From Verrucomicrobiaceae bacterium (GTDB lineage: Bacteria; Verrucomicrobiota; Verrucomicrobiia; Chthoniobacterales; JAATET01), in contig JAIYAZ010000135.1 of assembly GCA_027488755.1 (NCBI GenBank), positions 31,382-95,381 on the forward strand: a DNA stretch of 64,000 bases, written 5' to 3'. The notes beneath the pieces were generated by a model. That model had not been told where the DNA came from. It ran no database searches and worked only from the letters and a program-made list of their open reading frames with translations. The position numbers and the translations under genes were made by a program. This document shows positions 61,455 to 64,000 of the stretch, one piece after another; the first letter of the stretch is position 1; every line of letters begins with the position of its first letter.

Positions 61455-62516
61455 ATGAAAGACAAGGACACCGACCCCCGCATCAAGGAACTCGCCGCCG
61501 AGGTGGCGACCGGCCGGTCGGCGGATCTCGTGGCGGAGCTGATCGAGACGGCGCTGCGGCTTGGGGGCGATCGCGCGAGCGTCGCGGACCTCAAGCTATT
61601 CAGCCGCGCGATGCGCGAGATGCGTTATGCGTCGAACGTGTTTTCGCGCTATCAGGCGCGGCGCAAAGTGGCGGTGTTCGGTTCGGCCCGCACGCGCTCG
61701 GAGGCGGATGAATTCATCATGGCGCGGGAGTTTGCGCGGCGGATCGTGCAGGAGGGATTCATGGTCATCACCGGGGGCGGCGACGGCATCATGGGCGCGG
61801 CCCAGCAGGGCGCGGGGGCGGAGCATAGCTTCGGCCTGAACATCCGGCTGCCGTTCGAGCAGAGCGCGAACGAGACGATCCAGGGCGATCCGAAGCTCAT
61901 CAACTTCAATTATTTCTTCACGCGGAAGCTGAACTTCATGAAGGAGACGCATGCCTTCGTGCTCTGCCCAGGCGGCATCGGCACGCAGGATGAGGGCTTC
62001 GAGGCGCTCACGCTGATGCAGACGGGCAAGACGCAGATCGTGCCGGTGATCCTGCTCGACAAGCCGAACGGGCATTACTGGGAGACGTGGCGCCGCTTCA
62101 TCGTGAACGACCTGCTGGAGGCGGGGCTGGTCTCGGAGACGGACTTCAACCTCTTTCGTATCGTGCAGGACGTGGAGGAGGCCGTGGCGGAGATCCAGCG
62201 GTTTTATCACGTGTTCCATTCCTACCGCTGGGTGCGGGAGCGGATGGTGATCCGGCTGAACCGGCGGCTGACGCCGGCGGCGGTGGCGGCGTTGAACGAG
62301 CGGTTTGCCGCTCTGCTGGTGACCGGGAGCATCGAGCAAACGGGCGCGCTGCCGGAGGAGCGCGACGAGGTGCGGCTGGCGGCGCTGCCGCGGCTCGTGC
62401 TCACGCCGCAGAAGCGGGATTTTGGCATGATTCGCGGCCTGCTGGACGGGATCAACGACGCGGAGACGGACGGCGAGGACTGCCCTGGGTGCGATCGTCC
62501 GGAGCCGGCGGCATAG
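61455..62516 (+). CDS. LOG family (TIGR00730-like) nucleotide phosphoribohydrolase with N- and C-terminal extensions
   Basis: VFGSAR, ITGGGDGIMGA, LNIRLPFEQ, YFFTRK, PGGIGTQDE. Confidence 0.88.
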   Translation: MKDKDTDPRIKELAAEVATGRSADLVAELIETALRLGGDRASVADLKLFSRAMREMRYASNVFSRYQARRKVAVFGSARTRSEADEFIMAREFARRIVQEGFMVITGGGDGIMGAAQQGAGAEHSFGLNIRLPFEQSANETIQGDPKLINFNYFFTRKLNFMKETHAFVLCPGGIGTQDEGFEALTLMQTGKTQIVPVILLDKPNGHYWETWRRFIVNDLLEAGLVSETDFNLFRIVQDVEEAVAEIQRFYHVFHSYRWVRERMVIRLNRRLTPAAVAALNERFAALLVTGSIEQTGALPEERDEVRLAALPRLVLTPQKRDFGMIRGLLDGINDAETDGEDCPGCDRPEPAA

Positions 62517-62537
62517 GGCGGGAGGGCGCGCGGAGCT

Positions 62538-63191
62538 TCAGGCGCGGGCGCGGGTTTCCTCGAGCGGCGTGGGAGTCGGGTGGATGCGCACGGGAATGCG
62601 GCCCTTCCAGAAAAGCTCCATCACGCGGAGCTCGGGCGTGAGGATCATGGCCAGGCCGAAAAAGGGGTTGCGGTTGATGGCGCGGTGCATGCCGTGGTAG
62701 GTGCGCTCGGGGGCGCCGGCCACCCATTTCGGTTCGGCGTTGAGCACGCCGGAGTCATCGACCCAGAAGGCCCATTTGTGCGTGGTGGTTCCGACGCTTT
62801 GCTCGAAGAGGGCGTTGGGGGTTTCGAGGTAGCCGGCGCGACCGACGCGCTGAATCTCCGCGAGGAAAGCCTCGAGATTTTCGATGTGCTCCATGATGTG
62901 GGAGCAGAAAACGAAGTCGAAGGACTGGTCGGCAAAGGGCAGGGCGCAGGCGTCGCCCTCGATGAGAGGGCGGCCGTCGCGCTTGAGCGGGCCGCATCGT
63001 TCGGTGTCATCGAAGAGGAAGCGTTCGCAGAGGACGTTGGAGCGGAACCATGGGTTGTGGCCGGGGCCGATCTCGAGCACGCTGGCTTTGCGGGGGAGGC
63101 GGGCGCGGAGGAAGATGCGGAAGTTCCGAGTTTTGTAATGGAGCGCGACCCAGGGCCAGGCGAGGGCGTTGAGGATCGTCGAGAGACGCAT
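62538..63191 (-). CDS. Class I SAM-dependent methyltransferase
   Basis: VLEIGPG, GDACALPFADQSFDFVFCSHIMEH. Confidence 0.85.
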   Translation of the reverse strand: MRLSTILNALAWPWVALHYKTRNFRIFLRARLPRKASVLEIGPGHNPWFRSNVLCERFLFDDTERCGPLKRDGRPLIEGDACALPFADQSFDFVFCSHIMEHIENLEAFLAEIQRVGRAGYLETPNALFEQSVGTTTHKWAFWVDDSGVLNAEPKWVAGAPERTYHGMHRAINRNPFFGLAMILTPELRVMELFWKGRIPVRIHPTPTPLEETRARA

Positions 63192-63229
63192 GGGCCGGGG
63201 TGGGGGCGGAGTCGGGGCGGGCCGAGTGG

Positions 63230-63937
63230 CTAGCCGCCCCAGCGGCCGTTGACGAGGACTTCGCCGGTGGTGGAGATGTGGGAGTAGTCGGTCTTGCCGA
63301 TGGCGCCGATCATGCGCTTGCCGGTCGCGGCCTTGAACGCCTTGCTCATGCTTTCGCCGGTGTGGCAGCCCCAGCTTTTAATGTAGGCGTCCTTGGCGAA
63401 GATGCCGCGGTGGATGCCCTTGAGGTCATCCTGGTGGAGCCAGGCCTTCGAGCCGCTGTCGATCTCGTTGCTGTAGTCGAACATGAAGCAGCGGCTGTTT
63501 GAGTGACCGAAGAATTCGAAGCCGGAGATTTTGACCTGGTTGCGGGGCAGGCCGCCGTTGAGGTAGGCGATGACGTCCGAGCCCTGGTCGAACCAGACGA
63601 GGTTCACGCCGTATTTGTCGCGGACGGACTGGATGTTGGCGATGACGTCGGTGTTGTCGTGGCCGCGCATCTGGGCGGCGCGGCGGGCGTAGGCGGGGCG
63701 GTAGACGAGCCAGGTGATGCGTTTGCCGGGGCCGAGTTCCTTGCGGATTTCCTGGATGCGGAAGCGGGCGCTGCGGATGAAGTTGCCCCACCAGCGGTCA
63801 TGCGGCTCGGCCTTGAATTTCTCCCACTCCATCAACGAGGGGCCCCCGCTGACGATGACGTATTCGCGATCCGTCTCGGCGCGGAGGCCGCAGATGGAAA
63901 CAAACAGAAGCAGGGCGAGGAAAACGGCACGGTTCAC
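63230..63937 (-). CDS. Exported protein with a possible caspase-like His/Cys dyad
   Basis: Signal peptide; FEFFGHS and IKSWGCHTG motifs; GTG start at 63937. Confidence 0.65.
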   Translation of the reverse strand: MNRAVFLALLLFVSICGLRAETDREYVIVSGGPSLMEWEKFKAEPHDRWWGNFIRSARFRIQEIRKELGPGKRITWLVYRPAYARRAAQMRGHDNTDVIANIQSVRDKYGVNLVWFDQGSDVIAYLNGGLPRNQVKISGFEFFGHSNSRCFMFDYSNEIDSGSKAWLHQDDLKGIHRGIFAKDAYIKSWGCHTGESMSKAFKAATGKRMIGAIGKTDYSHISTTGEVLVNGRWGG

Positions 63938-63949
63938 GGGCGCGAAGGT

Positions 63950-63984
63950 AAATCCAAAATTGAAAATCCAAAATCTAAAATCCA
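63950..63984. repeat. AT-rich heptamer tandem repeat x5 (AAATCCA consensus)
   Basis: AAATCCA AAATTGA AAATCCA AAATCTA AAATCCA. Confidence 0.85.
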
Positions 63985-64000
63985 CCGAGCCAGCGGCGGG

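Overview
A very GC-rich, gene-dense bacterial chromosome segment with about 69 CDSs and one tRNA-Ser(CGA). The gene content and protein style suggest Verrucomicrobiota (Chthoniobacterales/Terrimicrobium-like); this is an inference. Most of it is core genome: nuoA (partial), ndk, hemA/hemC/cobA-hemD, proC, a PcrA/UvrD helicase, rpsA, rpsP-khpA, ffh, gatCA, dgt, nrdR, hisF, folP, pta and aroF. I saw no integrase, transposase, prophage, CRISPR array or reverse transcriptase. The notable signals are: (1) intact ORFs whose catalytic motifs are erased, namely a glycogen-synthase-like protein, a family B DNA polymerase with a decayed proofreading domain, a MalK-like ABC subunit and a receiver-kinase-FGE fusion; (2) an NrdR box filling the nrdR promoter spacer, with nrdR coupled to a stand-alone ATP-cone-like protein and followed by a HIT protein, the MalK-like protein and a dGTPase; (3) tandem Rieske oxygenase paralogues sharing a 144-bp near-identical tract; (4) a 753-aa coiled-coil/HlyD-type protein with no transporter nearby; (5) 7-, 8- and 9-nt periodic repeats filling intergenic spacers; (6) widespread leaderless-type promoters; and (7) a local reversal of a strong G/C skew. 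All product calls come from recognising motifs by eye; no database searches were run.
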